Of a stretch of DNA of 41,688 bases, positions 29,933 to 39,321 are shown piece after piece. The position numbers were made by a program, and so were the translations under genes. Under the pieces are notes generated by a model. The model was not told the origin of the DNA and ran no database searches. It saw only the letters and a program-made list of their open reading frames with translations. This stretch comes from a virus, in the UHGV virus genome UHGV-0112358, one strand, 5' to 3'. The stretch's first letter is position 1. Each line of letters begins with the position of its first letter.

Positions 29933-30147
29933 AGTACCCGTTCATGGAGGAGGAGACTCTTCCGGCAAAACTCGTTAGCCCCGTAAACGTCACACCATCA
30001 ATGAACGCCATTATCTGTTCAGGAAAAGCCACTTATACCGATTTGCAGGAAAGGTTATCTGTTCGTGATATGTATAACCTTCTGGAAATTATCTCGGTGG
30101 AATCATTTAACAAGCGGGTCTGGAATAAACATCAGGAGCAGCGATGA
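29929..30147 (+). CDS. tail chaperone -1 frameshift extension (T-like)
   Basis: Frame is -1 relative to chaperone and open from slippery site 29908-29914; no independent RBS. Confidence 0.55.
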   Translation: MKYPFMEEETLPAKLVSPVNVTPSMNAIICSGKATYTDLQERLSVRDMYNLLEIISVESFNKRVWNKHQEQR

Positions 30148-31919
30148 TTATCAATGAGTTGGCCTACAAGGTCACAATTAAGGCCGATGAATTCCTGAAT
30201 GGAAAACGGAAAGTAAAGCAGGAAGCACAAGACCTTAAAAACGAAATAGAGAGATCTTCATCTGCGATAGAAAGGTCAACAACCTCCTCGATGTCCAAAA
30301 CGGCTAAGGAGACCGACAAAGCTGCTGTTGCAATGAAAGGGTTGACTGCTTCATTTAATGGTTTTTTGGGGCTTTCGACACGCTTTGTGGCTGTTGGCGG
30401 TGTGTTGACTGCCGTAGCCATTGGCATTCATCGTGCATTTGAAAGTACTTCGGAGTCAATTGTAAGAGCCAGTAATATGGGGAGAATGCTTGGAACAAGC
30501 GCCAGTAACGTTCTTGGTACTCAGTATGGATTCTCCCGAATTGGTCAGAACGGCGGCGCGTTCCTTGGGGCACAGATGAGCGCCAGGATGGCGCTTGCCA
30601 ATATAGAAGACCCAACAATTTTCGGCGGACTTACACCGGAGGCTCAGAATTTACTAACAACTGGAGCGAGAACAGGCATTGATATTAGTAAGCTTGGAGG
30701 TAAATCAGAAGATGCTCTGGCGGAATTTCAGAAATATGGGAAGAACCATAACGAGAAACAGTTAATGCAAGTGCTTTCTGCTTTTGGTTATGACCCTAAT
30801 CTTGCCGGGGATATTAAAAGCGGAAAAGCTGTGCAGATGGTATCTGAGGAAGAAAAACGATGGCAGATGACCAAAGAGCAGGAAGAAGCACAGCGCAACA
30901 TTCTTGCTACGACTAAAGCCCTTGACTCGCAATTTGCTCAGGTTAAACAAGAATTAATGGCTACATTTGGCCCTGAAGTGCTTAAAGCTGAACAGGAGTT
31001 TTTAGAGTGGCTGAAAAACAACAAGGGTGACATTGTTGGGTTCTTCAGGAACCTGAGTACAGGTATTGATGGTTTTGTTAAAGCCGTTGGTGGCGCTGGA
31101 AACGCATTGGGCATTCTTGCTGCCATGGCTCTTCTTAGCGGCAAGGGGTTAGGAAGCAAGCTGGGATTAATCGGTGCTGTTGGTATTTTTGGGCAGATGG
31201 TACAAGACCAGTATAAAGATGTTCCTGATGAGATGCGGCCATTCGCATTTCAGCAGCATTGGCTTGAAAGGCTCATTGGGCTGGATTATGACGATCCAAA
31301 TAAAGAGATTCCTCCTAACAAAAATGGTGTCAACAGGCCTGACAGAAACAATAACCCATTAAATCTTAAAGCTACTGGAAACAGAAGAAGAGACAAAGAC
31401 GGATTTGCTCAATACTTCGACCCAGAAGAGGGTTGGGAGGCCGCCAGGAATCAACTGACTCTATACTACAAAAGAGATAAGCTTGATACGTTGCAAGGAA
31501 TAATAAGCAAGTGGGCACCATCCTCAGAAAACAACACAAAGGCGTATATTGACCAGGTTTCTAAGTCTATGGGCGTTGGTGCCAATGATAAGCTAAACCT
31601 CTCAGATCCAGAGGTTATGGCAAAACTTAGCGCCTATATGGCTAGGCATGAAGGTTATCCAGATTGGAAGCGGGGTCTTGATTATGGTAACCCAACGAAA
31701 AATAGCAATGCCGCTTACTACCAAACTCAGCAAAGATTGGCTAATGGATCTGCAAATCAATCCTATACCCAAAGCGTTGTTAACAATTACAACAGCCAGC
31801 ACATAGGAGAGGTAAAGGTAATTGCCAAAACGGATCAATCCTCAAAACTAACCGAAGGATTTAAGGAGTTGAATCGCAGATCATCAGTAAATCAGGCATT
31901 TTCAAGTGCAGTGCCTTAG
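30144..31919 (+). CDS. tail tape measure protein
   Basis: 591 aa with hydrophobic and Gly-rich segments, follows chaperone pair. Confidence 0.65.
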   Translation: MIINELAYKVTIKADEFLNGKRKVKQEAQDLKNEIERSSSAIERSTTSSMSKTAKETDKAAVAMKGLTASFNGFLGLSTRFVAVGGVLTAVAIGIHRAFESTSESIVRASNMGRMLGTSASNVLGTQYGFSRIGQNGGAFLGAQMSARMALANIEDPTIFGGLTPEAQNLLTTGARTGIDISKLGGKSEDALAEFQKYGKNHNEKQLMQVLSAFGYDPNLAGDIKSGKAVQMVSEEEKRWQMTKEQEEAQRNILATTKALDSQFAQVKQELMATFGPEVLKAEQEFLEWLKNNKGDIVGFFRNLSTGIDGFVKAVGGAGNALGILAAMALLSGKGLGSKLGLIGAVGIFGQMVQDQYKDVPDEMRPFAFQQHWLERLIGLDYDDPNKEIPPNKNGVNRPDRNNNPLNLKATGNRRRDKDGFAQYFDPEEGWEAARNQLTLYYKRDKLDTLQGIISKWAPSSENNTKAYIDQVSKSMGVGANDKLNLSDPEVMAKLSAYMARHEGYPDWKRGLDYGNPTKNSNAAYYQTQQRLANGSANQSYTQSVVNNYNSQHIGEVKVIAKTDQSSKLTEGFKELNRRSSVNQAFSSAVP

Positions 31920-31927
31920 CAGATTTG

Positions 31928-32386
31928 CTATTGACTAATTTCCCGCATGAATGCAATTGTTTTTGCCATTTTCTCAGAGTGATCAATTGTCTCAACGAGA
32001 AATTTTCGCGCGGGAGATTGCTCATTCTCGCCTCGGAATGTGGCGTTAATGTTTTGCATTGCTGCATTTTTCCACATGCTTACTTCTTCTATGGATTGCG
32101 ATAATGATGCTGAAGATGCAGCGTCAAAGCATATACCATACGATGAATCTCGTATATCTGACGGTGACTTGCCAATAGCACTAAGTTGATTTCCATACTT
32201 TTTTACCATGTCGTTAGCCATATCCTGACAAACTTCATCAATGCTTTTGCCCATGCCTGCAACATAAGGAGAAGCATCTTTTATTAAAGACATCATTTTT
32301 TCCTTATCTTTGTCGGATGCAGCATAAGCTGCGAGTGATAGAAGAACGGAAGAAAATATTGCTATTGTGAAAAATCTGGATTTCAT
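31928..32386 (-). CDS. secreted/periplasmic protein of unknown function (moron)
   Basis: Signal peptide MKSRFFTIAIFSSVLLSLAAYAASD; SD AGGGGAAAGA; opposite strand to tail genes. Confidence 0.6.
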   Translation of the reverse strand: MKSRFFTIAIFSSVLLSLAAYAASDKDKEKMMSLIKDASPYVAGMGKSIDEVCQDMANDMVKKYGNQLSAIGKSPSDIRDSSYGICFDAASSASLSQSIEEVSMWKNAAMQNINATFRGENEQSPARKFLVETIDHSEKMAKTIAFMREISQ

Positions 32387-32502
32387 TCTTTCCCCTTGTA
32401 ACGTTTCCTATGTTTGTATCCGTTAACTTAAGCAAAAGCACGCAACACTCGGTTTTACGCAGGATACCAGATGATACTGTGTAGTTGGAGTAGTGCGGTT
32501 GC

Positions 32503-32594
32503 AATGCAAGCATTTTGCTTTTGTTTTATGCTTGCTTGTATGTGGGTACAGTGCATATAATGCAAGCATATATCACAGCAAAGGTGCTTGCATT
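32503..32594. promoter_or_regulatory. operator array (4 copies of AATGCAAGCAT) over a consensus promoter
   Basis: Copies at 32503-32514, 32528-32535, 32559-32570, 32585-32594 in alternating orientation; -35 TTGCTT (32532-32537), -10 TATAAT (32556-32561). Confidence 0.5.
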
Positions 32595-33587
32595 ATGACT
32601 GAAAAGAAAAGTGGTGAAGGGAAAGCTAAGGGCGGAATCGCTCGCGCAAAGTCGCTGACTAAAGAGCAGCGTTCTGAAATAGCAAAGAAAGCAGCGGCTG
32701 CAAGATGGAAGGATAAACCATTAATTGCTACGCATAAGGGATCGTTCCAGCATGAATTCGGGATTGATGTTGAGTGCTATGTGTTAAATGATGATAACAA
32801 AACTGCCGTTATTAGCCAGAGAGGCATGGGAGAAGCGATTGGTCTTGGCGAAGGTGGCAGCAGGTTGCCAAAGTTTATTCAGGGGAAAACTATTTCTCAG
32901 TATATCGGGCATGAATTAAGGGCAAAACTTGAAAATCCTCTTATTTTTCAATACAAACAGGTGGGCACGAACACACCAGCTAACCCTGTAATACATGGCT
33001 ACGATGTAACAATCTTAATTGATTTATGTCGAGCAATCTCTAACGCTAAAGCTGAAGGTAAGTTGCTTTCTAGTCAGGAAGGGATTGCTAAGCAAGCCAG
33101 GATAATTATTGATGCATCAGCCAAGGCGGGAATTCAGGGGCTTGTTTATGCTTTGGCAGGGTATGACAGAACAAAAGAAGAAGTAATTCAAGCATATAAG
33201 CGATATGTTGCTGAAGAGGCTCGTGAGTATGAAAGAGAGTTCACCCCTGAACTTTATGAGCATTGGTATCGTCTGTATGGTATAGACAAACCAGTTAGAG
33301 GGCGACCGTGGGCGTTTAAATATCTTACGATAGATCACATTTACTACCCATTAGCCAGAAGTGAAGGAAAGGTATTTAATTTAGCAAAAACGTCAAAAGA
33401 AGAGAAAGGCAGCAAAAACGATAAAATACACCAGTTTTTATCAGAGGTTGGAGTTAAAGCTCTTAGAACCCAAATAGGTAAGGTTACTGGTATTGCAATG
33501 GTTTCTGATACTCGAGAAGAGTATGAGAAATACATAGATGAAAAGGTTATTGGACAAAGAACCATCGACTTAAAAGATAAAGAATAA
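32595..33587 (+). CDS. KGG-motif / P63C-like protein of unknown function
   Basis: ATG 32595 after SD; N-terminus GKAKGGIARAKSLTKEQRSEIAKKAAAARW; track ORF starts upstream at 32493. Confidence 0.55.
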   Translation: MTEKKSGEGKAKGGIARAKSLTKEQRSEIAKKAAAARWKDKPLIATHKGSFQHEFGIDVECYVLNDDNKTAVISQRGMGEAIGLGEGGSRLPKFIQGKTISQYIGHELRAKLENPLIFQYKQVGTNTPANPVIHGYDVTILIDLCRAISNAKAEGKLLSSQEGIAKQARIIIDASAKAGIQGLVYALAGYDRTKEEVIQAYKRYVAEEAREYEREFTPELYEHWYRLYGIDKPVRGRPWAFKYLTIDHIYYPLARSEGKVFNLAKTSKEEKGSKNDKIHQFLSEVGVKALRTQIGKVTGIAMVSDTREEYEKYIDEKVIGQRTIDLKDKE

Positions 33588-33616
33588 GAAAAACCCACCG
33601 TCAGGTGGGTTTTTTG
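33588..33616. terminator. bidirectional terminator between convergent genes
   Basis: A-run, ACCCACC-gtca-GGTGGGT, T-run. Confidence 0.6.
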
Positions 33617-33921
33617 TTTAGCAGTTCTCTTAACTTTTCGTTTTGCTCTCTGAACTTTTCCTGTATTTCTTTTTGCATGGCGATAACCTGGGCTTGAAGT
33701 TGAACTAGCGCATCAACATTTAGCGGAACCGAGACGCTGTTGATTTTGTCTGCTATTTCCCCAAGAGTATTTTCTGCATTCAAGGCATCTTCCAGTATCT
33801 GCACAATCTCTGAGTTCATTGATCTGCCGTTACGTTTAGCTCGTTCAGCTATAGCATCTCGCATTCCGTCAGGAAAACGGAGGTTGAACTTGTCGTAGTC
33901 TTTTACTTGTTTTTCGGCCAT
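33601..33921 (-). CDS. mnt: Mnt/Arc-type ribbon-helix-helix repressor
   Basis: KFNLRFPDGMRDAIAERAKRNGRSMNSEIVQ RHH motif; divergent from arc-ant pair; track ORF extends to 33960. Confidence 0.6.
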   Translation of the reverse strand: MAEKQVKDYDKFNLRFPDGMRDAIAERAKRNGRSMNSEIVQILEDALNAENTLGEIADKINSVSVPLNVDALVQLQAQVIAMQKEIQEKFREQNEKLRELLNKKPT

Positions 33922-33939
33922 TGCAAATCTCTCAAAAAA

Positions 33940-34012
33940 ACCATGGTGCCATATTGCCATACGATTTCAATGGTGGCATTATGGCCTTCATGGCGTCACT
34001 TTGGCACCAAAT
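33940..34012. promoter_or_regulatory. divergent promoter/operator region of immI-like switch
   Basis: Inverted half-sites GGTGCCA / TGGCACC repeated between the mnt-like and arc-like starts. Confidence 0.4.
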
Positions 34013-34027
34013 AAAGGAGATTAGATA

Positions 34028-34201
34028 ATGCAAGATACACTTTTCACTGAGCGCAAAAATATCAAACTCAACCTTCGCCTTCCATCACGGCTGAATGAAG
34101 ACCTTCGCCGCCTGGCGGAAATGGACTGTATATCTCTGAACTCTGCAATTGTTCGTTTGCTGGCAAAAGGTGTTAGGGAAGAGGTGGCGAATGGTCGCTA
34201 A
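34028..34201 (+). CDS. arc: Arc-like ribbon-helix-helix repressor (57 aa)
   Basis: [36 protein letters not shown] motif; SD AAAGGAG; below track cutoff. Confidence 0.6.
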   Translation: MQDTLFTERKNIKLNLRLPSRLNEDLRRLAEMDCISLNSAIVRLLAKGVREEVANGR

Positions 34202-35207
34202 AAACAGCGAAGCCCCAATGGCTGCAACCATTGAGGCTTCTAAATTACCAGTTAACTACGAGAAAACTGATATGAATAGTATAGCAATTTTAGAAGCAGT
34301 GAACACCTCTTACGTACCCTTCAACGGTCAGCAAATTATCACCGCCATGGCTGCAGGAGTTGCATATGTTGCGATGAAGCCAATCGTTGAAAACCTCGGA
34401 ATGAGCTGGGGTACTCAGCAACAAAAACTTATGAAACAACTAGATAAGTTCAACTGTATTCATATGAATATGGTTGCTGCTGATGGGAAGCTTCGTAAGC
34501 TACTCTGCCTTCCTTTGAAGAAGTTAAATGGATGGCTGTTCAGCATCAACCCTGAGAAAGTTCGTGCTGACATCCGCGATAAACTGATTCAGTACCAGGA
34601 AGAATGCTTTACTGTGCTGCATGACTACTGGACTAAAGGCCATGTGGTTAACCCGCGCAAAGCTAAAAAGGCGTTGCCGGGCAAAATCACCACTGAACAG
34701 CAGGAAGCCATTAAACAACTTGTCATGAGTCGCGGTCAGTCTCTGCCAAAAGAAAAACAGGCGAAGGCGATGATCACCATGTGGTCGTCACTGAAATCCC
34801 ATTTTGGATGTTCGTACAAAGAAATCAGTGAGGAGCAGTTTACCGAAGCACTGTCACTTGCAGCTCGAGTTCCACTTGAAGGTGAGTTCATTAGCAAACA
34901 AGAGAAGAGCACCAACGAGCTTTCCGCAAAAGAAGCAAACAGCCTTGTATGGTTATGGGATTATGCCAACCGCTCACAGGCATTATTCCGCGAACTGTAT
35001 CCGGCATTAAAACAAATTCAATCGAACTATTCCGGCAGATGCTACGACTACGGTCATGAGTTCTCGTATGTTATCGGAACGGCGAGAGACGTTTTAATCA
35101 ACCACACACGAGATGTTGATATCAATGAGCCAGACGGACCAACAAATCTTTCTGCATGGATAAGGCTTAAGAATAAAGAATTACCGCCTTCTGTTCATCT
35201 GTATTAA
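34191..35207 (+). CDS. ant: antirepressor (Ant-like, AntA N-terminal domain)
   Basis: [23 protein letters not shown]... resembles recalled P22 Ant; ATG 34191 with SD GAGGTGG overlapping arc end. Confidence 0.65.
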   Translation: MVAKNSEAPMAATIEASKLPVNYEKTDMNSIAILEAVNTSYVPFNGQQIITAMAAGVAYVAMKPIVENLGMSWGTQQQKLMKQLDKFNCIHMNMVAADGKLRKLLCLPLKKLNGWLFSINPEKVRADIRDKLIQYQEECFTVLHDYWTKGHVVNPRKAKKALPGKITTEQQEAIKQLVMSRGQSLPKEKQAKAMITMWSSLKSHFGCSYKEISEEQFTEALSLAARVPLEGEFISKQEKSTNELSAKEANSLVWLWDYANRSQALFRELYPALKQIQSNYSGRCYDYGHEFSYVIGTARDVLINHTRDVDINEPDGPTNLSAWIRLKNKELPPSVHLY

Positions 35208-35291
35208 TGACGCATCTGGTGGTGAAAAAAAACCGCCAGTGTGCAGCTGGCGGCCTATGTCACACCCTTACTACCACATAAGGAATGCCTA

Positions 35292-36020
35292 ATGACTTTT
35301 AAGAATGTAGCAAACATCGGATCCGTTGTCACGGATAAAACCATTGATAGCCAGTACCTGTTAGAGATGGTCAATCATGCTCGTAGACAGTGCGGGGAAA
35401 AAGAAGTCCGCAATAACGACTTTATTGCACGCATTAAGGATGAACTTGAAGGTGAGCACTACGAAATTTTCGTAGTTCAAAAATCAAACAAGACAACTTC
35501 TGAAAAAGTTGTTATGTCAATTAAGCAAGCCCTTCGAGTGGCTGCTCGTGAATCTAAAGCTGTTCGCCGCTCACTTGTAGACCAACTTGAAAGTATGCAA
35601 GAAGCGCACATTAAAAGCGGTAAATCGTCTAGTGGACTTGTTGAGTATCGCCAGGCGCGAACATTGAAAATGACGGTTGAAGCTGTTACCAATCTGTTCG
35701 ATTTGATGCCAAATCTTGCGCCGGAAGCAAAGCAGACTGCGGCAGCAAGCATAATCAACCCGATCGTTGGTTTTAATGCAATACCTCTTCCAGCAATAGA
35801 AGAGCATTACTACTCAGCAGGGGAGGTTGCAGAGCAGCTTGGAGTAACGGCCAACAAGATTGGTCGCATTGCTAACGCAAACAACCTCAAAACTGAGCAG
35901 TACGGGAAGTTCTTCCTGGATAAATCTGCGCATTCCAGCAAACAGGTGGAAGCATTCCGCTACAATGCGGAAGGTGTTAAAGCACTACAACACCTGGTTC
36001 ATGGGAGTAATGTTGCATAA
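35292..36020 (+). CDS. hypothetical DNA-binding protein (possible antirepressor-like)
   Basis: ATG 35292 with SD AAGGA; HTH-like segment near C-terminus; track ORF starts 35241. Confidence 0.45.
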   Translation: MTFKNVANIGSVVTDKTIDSQYLLEMVNHARRQCGEKEVRNNDFIARIKDELEGEHYEIFVVQKSNKTTSEKVVMSIKQALRVAARESKAVRRSLVDQLESMQEAHIKSGKSSSGLVEYRQARTLKMTVEAVTNLFDLMPNLAPEAKQTAAASIINPIVGFNAIPLPAIEEHYYSAGEVAEQLGVTANKIGRIANANNLKTEQYGKFFLDKSAHSSKQVEAFRYNAEGVKALQHLVHGSNVA

Positions 36021-36241
36021 TGGCAAAGAAAAAATATGGCATTATGCCGCCAAGAATCAAAGGAAGAGCCAGGGTAAAAGGCGATGCTGGGAGATATCAC
36101 ATTCTTGGTGTTTTGTGGCATGAGAGAGCTTTAATTTTAAGCAGACCTCATGGGTACATTGAAAAGGTATCTATAGATAGAATTGAGATTCTTCCCCTTA
36201 CTCCTGAAGAAGAAGAAACGTACGGACTTTTTGATAACTAG
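36020..36241 (+). CDS. hypothetical protein (73 aa)
   Basis: ATG overlaps upstream stop; basic N-terminus. Confidence 0.4.
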   Translation: MAKKKYGIMPPRIKGRARVKGDAGRYHILGVLWHERALILSRPHGYIEKVSIDRIEILPLTPEEEETYGLFDN

Positions 36242-36252
36242 CCAATTCACTA

Positions 36253-36276
36253 AACCCAGCTTCGACTGGGTTTTTG
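36253..36276 (+). terminator. rho-independent terminator closing accessory island
   Basis: CCCAG-cttcga-CTGGG followed by TTTTTG. Confidence 0.55.
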
Positions 36277-36291
36277 TTTAATGGAGAGTAG

Positions 36292-37107
36292 ATGAGCATA
36301 ATCGATTTAAACACAGCAGACATATTCAATGCTATCGGTGGTGGCTCTCCGCTTTCGATCATCGACAGCGTTCTGCATCCCCAGTATGTGATTCGTGACA
36401 GGGAAACTGGCGAGGTTGCTCTTGAGTTCAGTGGTATGGCATCCGTACAGCCAAGCGGAAGGGCGCAAATAACAAATGCTCCGGTGGAGAAAGGGAAATA
36501 CCAGTCCATCAACAAAGTTAAAGAACCAGCCAGAGTAAGATGCGCAATCATCGTAAATGGTCTTACTGGTTTTTCCGGCAATATCCCGAATATTTTCGAT
36601 CTCACATTCACAAGCCAGAACAGCACGCTGAACACAATCAAAACGATGCTGTCCTCTGCAAAAACATACGATATTGAAACGCCAAAGGAAACTCTGGAGA
36701 GTTTCGACCTTGTTGACCACTATTACGAAGTTAACTCTCAAAAAGGGGTGACTCTTCTGACGGTTTATCTTGATTTTCAGGAGGTCATTCAGCAAATGGA
36801 GGTTATCCTCTCTGGATCTCAGTCAGAACAGAAGCCAACGGATAACAATAAGTCACAGGGAGATGTAGGAGTTGATCCGCAAATAACCAATGGCGGAGCC
36901 AGGGAATCTACTGTCGATGAGCTAAGTAAATCATGGTCATCACTGAAGTCATCTGTTGGCGACATCACTGGAAAAATCTCCGACACAATCAAGACTGAAT
37001 TTCAGAGTGCTCTTGATACGGTGTCCAAACCAATACTCGAAGTTACAAACAGCGCAACAAAAAAAGCGGCAGATATTGCAAAAAATATAGTTAAGGCGAG
37101 CACATGA
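36292..37107 (+). CDS. putative baseplate/tail protein
   Basis: 271-aa ORF with SD GGAGAG resuming tail gene block. Confidence 0.5.
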   Translation: MSIIDLNTADIFNAIGGGSPLSIIDSVLHPQYVIRDRETGEVALEFSGMASVQPSGRAQITNAPVEKGKYQSINKVKEPARVRCAIIVNGLTGFSGNIPNIFDLTFTSQNSTLNTIKTMLSSAKTYDIETPKETLESFDLVDHYYEVNSQKGVTLLTVYLDFQEVIQQMEVILSGSQSEQKPTDNNKSQGDVGVDPQITNGGARESTVDELSKSWSSLKSSVGDITGKISDTIKTEFQSALDTVSKPILEVTNSATKKAADIAKNIVKAST

Positions 37108-37406
37108 TTACAGTATCTGTTCTTCCCAGCAAATCTCAGTCCATTTCGGTAAGTCTGGCTGGTCAGCAATGTAATATAAAACTTGTTCAGCGACAGAGTT
37201 TTATGTACATGGATTTAACTGTTAATGAAGTCCCAATTATGCAGGGCGTTCCATGCCTGTATGGGAATAAGATGGTAAGATATTCCTACCTTGGATTTAA
37301 GGGAGACCTTATTTTCATTGATAACGATGGGGAGTCGGACCCGCAATGGGAAGGCTTGGGTGGCCGTTACTTGCTGTATTACATTGAGGAAAACGAGCTT
37401 GTATAA
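37104..37406 (+). CDS. hypothetical tail protein
   Basis: 100-aa ORF, ATG overlaps upstream stop. Confidence 0.45.
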   Translation: MITVSVLPSKSQSISVSLAGQQCNIKLVQRQSFMYMDLTVNEVPIMQGVPCLYGNKMVRYSYLGFKGDLIFIDNDGESDPQWEGLGGRYLLYYIEENELV

Positions 37407-37417
37407 AAATCACAGTC

Positions 37418-38280
37418 TTCGGTTTGACTTCACGAATGAATCATCAGCATTTGATAAAAATGGAAACAATAAAATCTCCATCAGAAATGTTAAGTCAACA
37501 GTATCCCTGAACTTTGTTACCGGTCGGGGAGGTGCTCAGGCTGATATATCTCTTTACGGCTTAGGAATTGAAAGACTTGCTGATATATCAGGGAAGGCTG
37601 ATGGTATTGTTGGGGAAGGTCAGAAGTTAAATGTTGAGGTATTTGCTGATGATTCTCTTGTTTTCTCCGGCACGATGCTTTCATCAATAGCAAACATGAA
37701 TTCTGCTCCTGAAAGCAGTTTGATGATAACAGCCTCTTCTAATGTTGATTTACAGAACATGCCAGCAAGTCCGTTTACAGCGCAGGGTGCGCAAAGTGTT
37801 GAAGATGTCATCTCATCCATTTGTGCAAGTGCAGGTTATGAGGCTGTGTTTAATAATGTAAAAGGGATGACAACATCAGGAAGTCCGCATTTTGAAGGAA
37901 GTGTTTTTGAACAACTTTATAGGGTCTGTTCAGATTATGGACTTGCGATGTCAGCCACGCCACCGACAAAAGTAGAGTTCTGGCCTTCAGAAAAAAACAG
38001 AGACGATGTAATTCCGTTTATATCCAGAGAATACGGACTTGTTGGATATCCTGTATTTTCAAATGGGGGACTGATGTTTCAGTCGCAATATTCATCTCTC
38101 CTTTGCATTGGAAGATATGTGGATATCAAAACAGAACTACCACATGCAAGCGGAAGGTATAAGTTAACCTCCGTTCGGCATGAATTATCATCATGGATGC
38201 CAAATGGTTCATGGCACTCAATATGTATTGCCGCCAGAACAGCGGAACAAAGAGCAGAGGCGCAACAGAATAATGGATAA
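37418..38280 (+). CDS. putative baseplate hub protein (Mu gpP-like); start uncertain
   Basis: Track ORF 37291..38280 overlaps previous gene by 116 nt; TTG at 37418 preceded by GAGGA is the first start after upstream stop. Confidence 0.45.
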
Positions 38281-38965
38281 GCAACTATTTACTCCAACGA
38301 CTGCTCAGGTAAGTGAGGCTCAATCTCAGGAATATATTTTTGAGATGATGATGTCTGGATATTTCTTCATTGAGTTAGCGATAGTTCATGAAGTCAGGGG
38401 GGAAGCACCGGATTTAGTTGTTGACGCTCTTCCTTTACTAACCAGAACAGACCGTACAGGAAAAATGATTTCTAACTCGGTTTTATATGATATTCCTGTA
38501 TGGCGGTTGCAGAGAGGCAACAGTGCTGTAATTATGGACCCTGTGGCAGGTGATATTGGTCTGATTGCTGTCTGCGACAAAGACACATCACTGGTAAGAA
38601 AAAATCGTAAAGAATCAGTACCTGGAAGCAAAAGGCGACACAGTAAATCTGATGCAATTTATCTTGGTGGGGTATTAAATATTGCACCTACTCAATTCAT
38701 TGAATTTGCTGATGGTGCAATAAACATAACCACACCTAACCCACTAAATATTAAATGTTCATCGTTAAATATTGATGCTCCTAATGGGGTCAACATGAAT
38801 ACTCCTTTACTTAAAGTTAGCGGTGATATTCAGGATAACGCAAGTTCACAGTCATCTACTGTTAAAAATTTAAGGGACAACTATAACAATCACAAACATT
38901 CTGTTTCAGGAGTACAAAGTGGTGGGTCAACAATAAATTCCAATGCAACGGATAAACCGACATGA
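38273..38965 (+). CDS. putative baseplate spike protein
   Basis: ATG 38273 overlapping upstream stop; track ORF starts 38180. Confidence 0.45.
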   Translation: MDKQLFTPTTAQVSEAQSQEYIFEMMMSGYFFIELAIVHEVRGEAPDLVVDALPLLTRTDRTGKMISNSVLYDIPVWRLQRGNSAVIMDPVAGDIGLIAVCDKDTSLVRKNRKESVPGSKRRHSKSDAIYLGGVLNIAPTQFIEFADGAINITTPNPLNIKCSSLNIDAPNGVNMNTPLLKVSGDIQDNASSQSSTVKNLRDNYNNHKHSVSGVQSGGSTINSNATDKPT

Positions 38966-39321
38966 CATACAGAACTATGCAACTGGACACTTCTACGTGG
39001 GACTTGACGCTTGACGGAAATGGCAATCTGGCGATCGCAGAAGAATCATATTCTGTTGCTCAGGATGTCGCCAGTGCGTGCCTGGTGTTTTCAGGAGAGT
39101 GTTATTACGACAATACACTTGGGATCCCATGGAAGGCAGAAGTTCTTGGCAGGCGACCATCTCCTGGTTTTATTGCTCAGAAAATGCAGGCTGAAGCACT
39201 CAAATTACCCGTCGTTGAGGATGCTCTGGCATCAGTTTTCTTTGACAAGAATACACGCACAACTCGCGGCACAATCCGCGTTACAGATATCAATGGTAAT
39301 ATTGCACAGGCCACCTTATGA
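38962..39321 (+). CDS. baseplate wedge protein (gp25/W-like)
   Basis: 119-aa ORF immediately before J-like gene. Confidence 0.5.
   Translation: MTYRTMQLDTSTWDLTLDGNGNLAIAEESYSVAQDVASACLVFSGECYYDNTLGIPWKAEVLGRRPSPGFIAQKMQAEALKLPVVEDALASVFFDKNTRTTRGTIRVTDINGNIAQATL

Noticed and set aside
35221-35262. Hairpin CCGCCAG-tgtgcag-CTGGCGG preceded by an A-run
   Set aside because: It would be a terminator only on the minus strand, where there is no upstream gene to terminate; it may be a plus-strand mRNA structure, so it is not annotated.
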